From NCBI GenBank assembly GCA_017577895.2, contig PKQY02000004.1:4834-68833 (forward strand): a DNA stretch of 64,000 bases, given 5' to 3'. Below, in pieces: positions 63,394-64,000 of the stretch (its first letter is position 1; every line of letters starts with the position of its first letter). The stretch is from Bacillota bacterium. GTDB taxonomy: Bacteria > Bacillota > Bacilli > ZCTH02-B2. The position numbers and the translations under genes were made by a program. A model generated the notes under the pieces. It saw nothing but the letters and a program-made list of their open reading frames with translations. It was not told the DNA's origin and ran no database searches.

Positions 63394-64000
63394 TTACAGG
63401 CTGTCGGCCCGCCAACTGGACAAATAATTCACTTGTTCTTCCGACAGCGCATCAATGCGAATGCCGAGACTTTCCAGTTTGAGCCAGGCGACGCGGCGAT
63501 CCAATTCGGCGGGCACCGGTACGACTCGGTTCGTTGCGGCGGCCGAACCCTTCCCTTCTCGCATCAGCCACAGGAGGGACAAAGCTTGCAAAGCGAAACT
63601 CATGTCCATAATTTCGGCCGGATGACCGTCCCCCGCCGCCAGATTGACGAGCCGTCCTTCCGCCAATAAGTACAGTTTGCGGCCGTCAGCCAATTGGTAC
63701 TCATCGATGTTTTGGCGCACCCGGCGTTTGGCTACGGCCATCGCTTCCAGGGCTTTTACGTCCACTTCCACGTCAAAGTGGCCGGCATTGGCTAAAATCG
63801 CCCCGTCTTTCATCCGGGAAAAATGCTCGGTCGTCACAACCCGGGCATTGCCGGTCACCGTCACGATGTAATCCGCCCGTCCCACAGCCTCCTCCATGGG
63901 CATGACTTGAAACCCGTCCATATGGGCTTCGATGGCTTTGATCGGATCCACTTCAGTGACGATGACGTTGGCGCCGAGGCCTTTCGCCCGCATGGCCACG
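63394..64000 (-). CDS. ahcY: Adenosylhomocysteinase (SAH hydrolase), 5' part outside the window
   Basis: VTEVDPIKAIEAHMDG, VTVTGN, ANAGHFDVE, GRLVNLAAGDGHPAEIMDMSFALQ, LSEEQVNYL. Confidence 0.95.
   Translation of the reverse strand, partial: VAMRAKGLGANVIVTEVDPIKAIEAHMDGFQVMPMEEAVGRADYIVTVTGNARVVTTEHFSRMKDGAILANAGHFDVEVDVKALEAMAVAKRRVRQNIDEYQLADGRKLYLLAEGRLVNLAAGDGHPAEIMDMSFALQALSLLWLMREGKGSAAATNRVVPVPAELDRRVAWLKLESLGIRIDALSEEQVNYLSSWRADSL

Overview
Core-genome region of a high-GC, endospore-forming member of the Bacillales (Paenibacillus/Brevibacillus-like synteny). Almost everything is on the minus strand. In transcription order: ahcY (partial); the dcw cluster (mraZ rsmH ftsL pbpB spoVD murE murF mraY murD spoVE murG murB murA divIB ylxW ylxX sbp ftsA ftsZ); spoIIGA-sigE-sigG; ylmC-pgeF-ylmE-sepF-ylmG-ylmH-divIVA; ileS-lspA-rluD; a rearranged pyr operon (pyrR pyrB carA carB pyrK pyrD pyrF pyrE pyrC) with coupled ytvI-rluA; rqcH (the only plus-strand gene); yloB Ca-ATPase; yloC-remA-gmk-rpoZ-coaBC-priA-def-fmt-rsmB-prpC-prkC-rsgA; then pgi and a ROK glucokinase (partial). 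I saw no rRNA, tRNA, CRISPR array or mobile element, and no evidence of a wholly new multi-gene system. The interest lies in deviations inside conserved loci: (1) a CarA subunit that has lost its catalytic cysteine and other glutamine-site residues; (2) a PyrR-binding hairpin that sequesters the pyrR Shine-Dalgarno, next to a classical attenuator before pyrB; (3) pgi plus glucokinase in place of rpe behind cpgA/rsgA; (4) a PASTA-less PBP2B; (5) ileS without a T-box; (6) a murB-murA sub-unit with its own apparent sporulation promoter and terminator. Start codons were chosen by RBS inspection and all calls come from motif and synteny recognition, not database searches.
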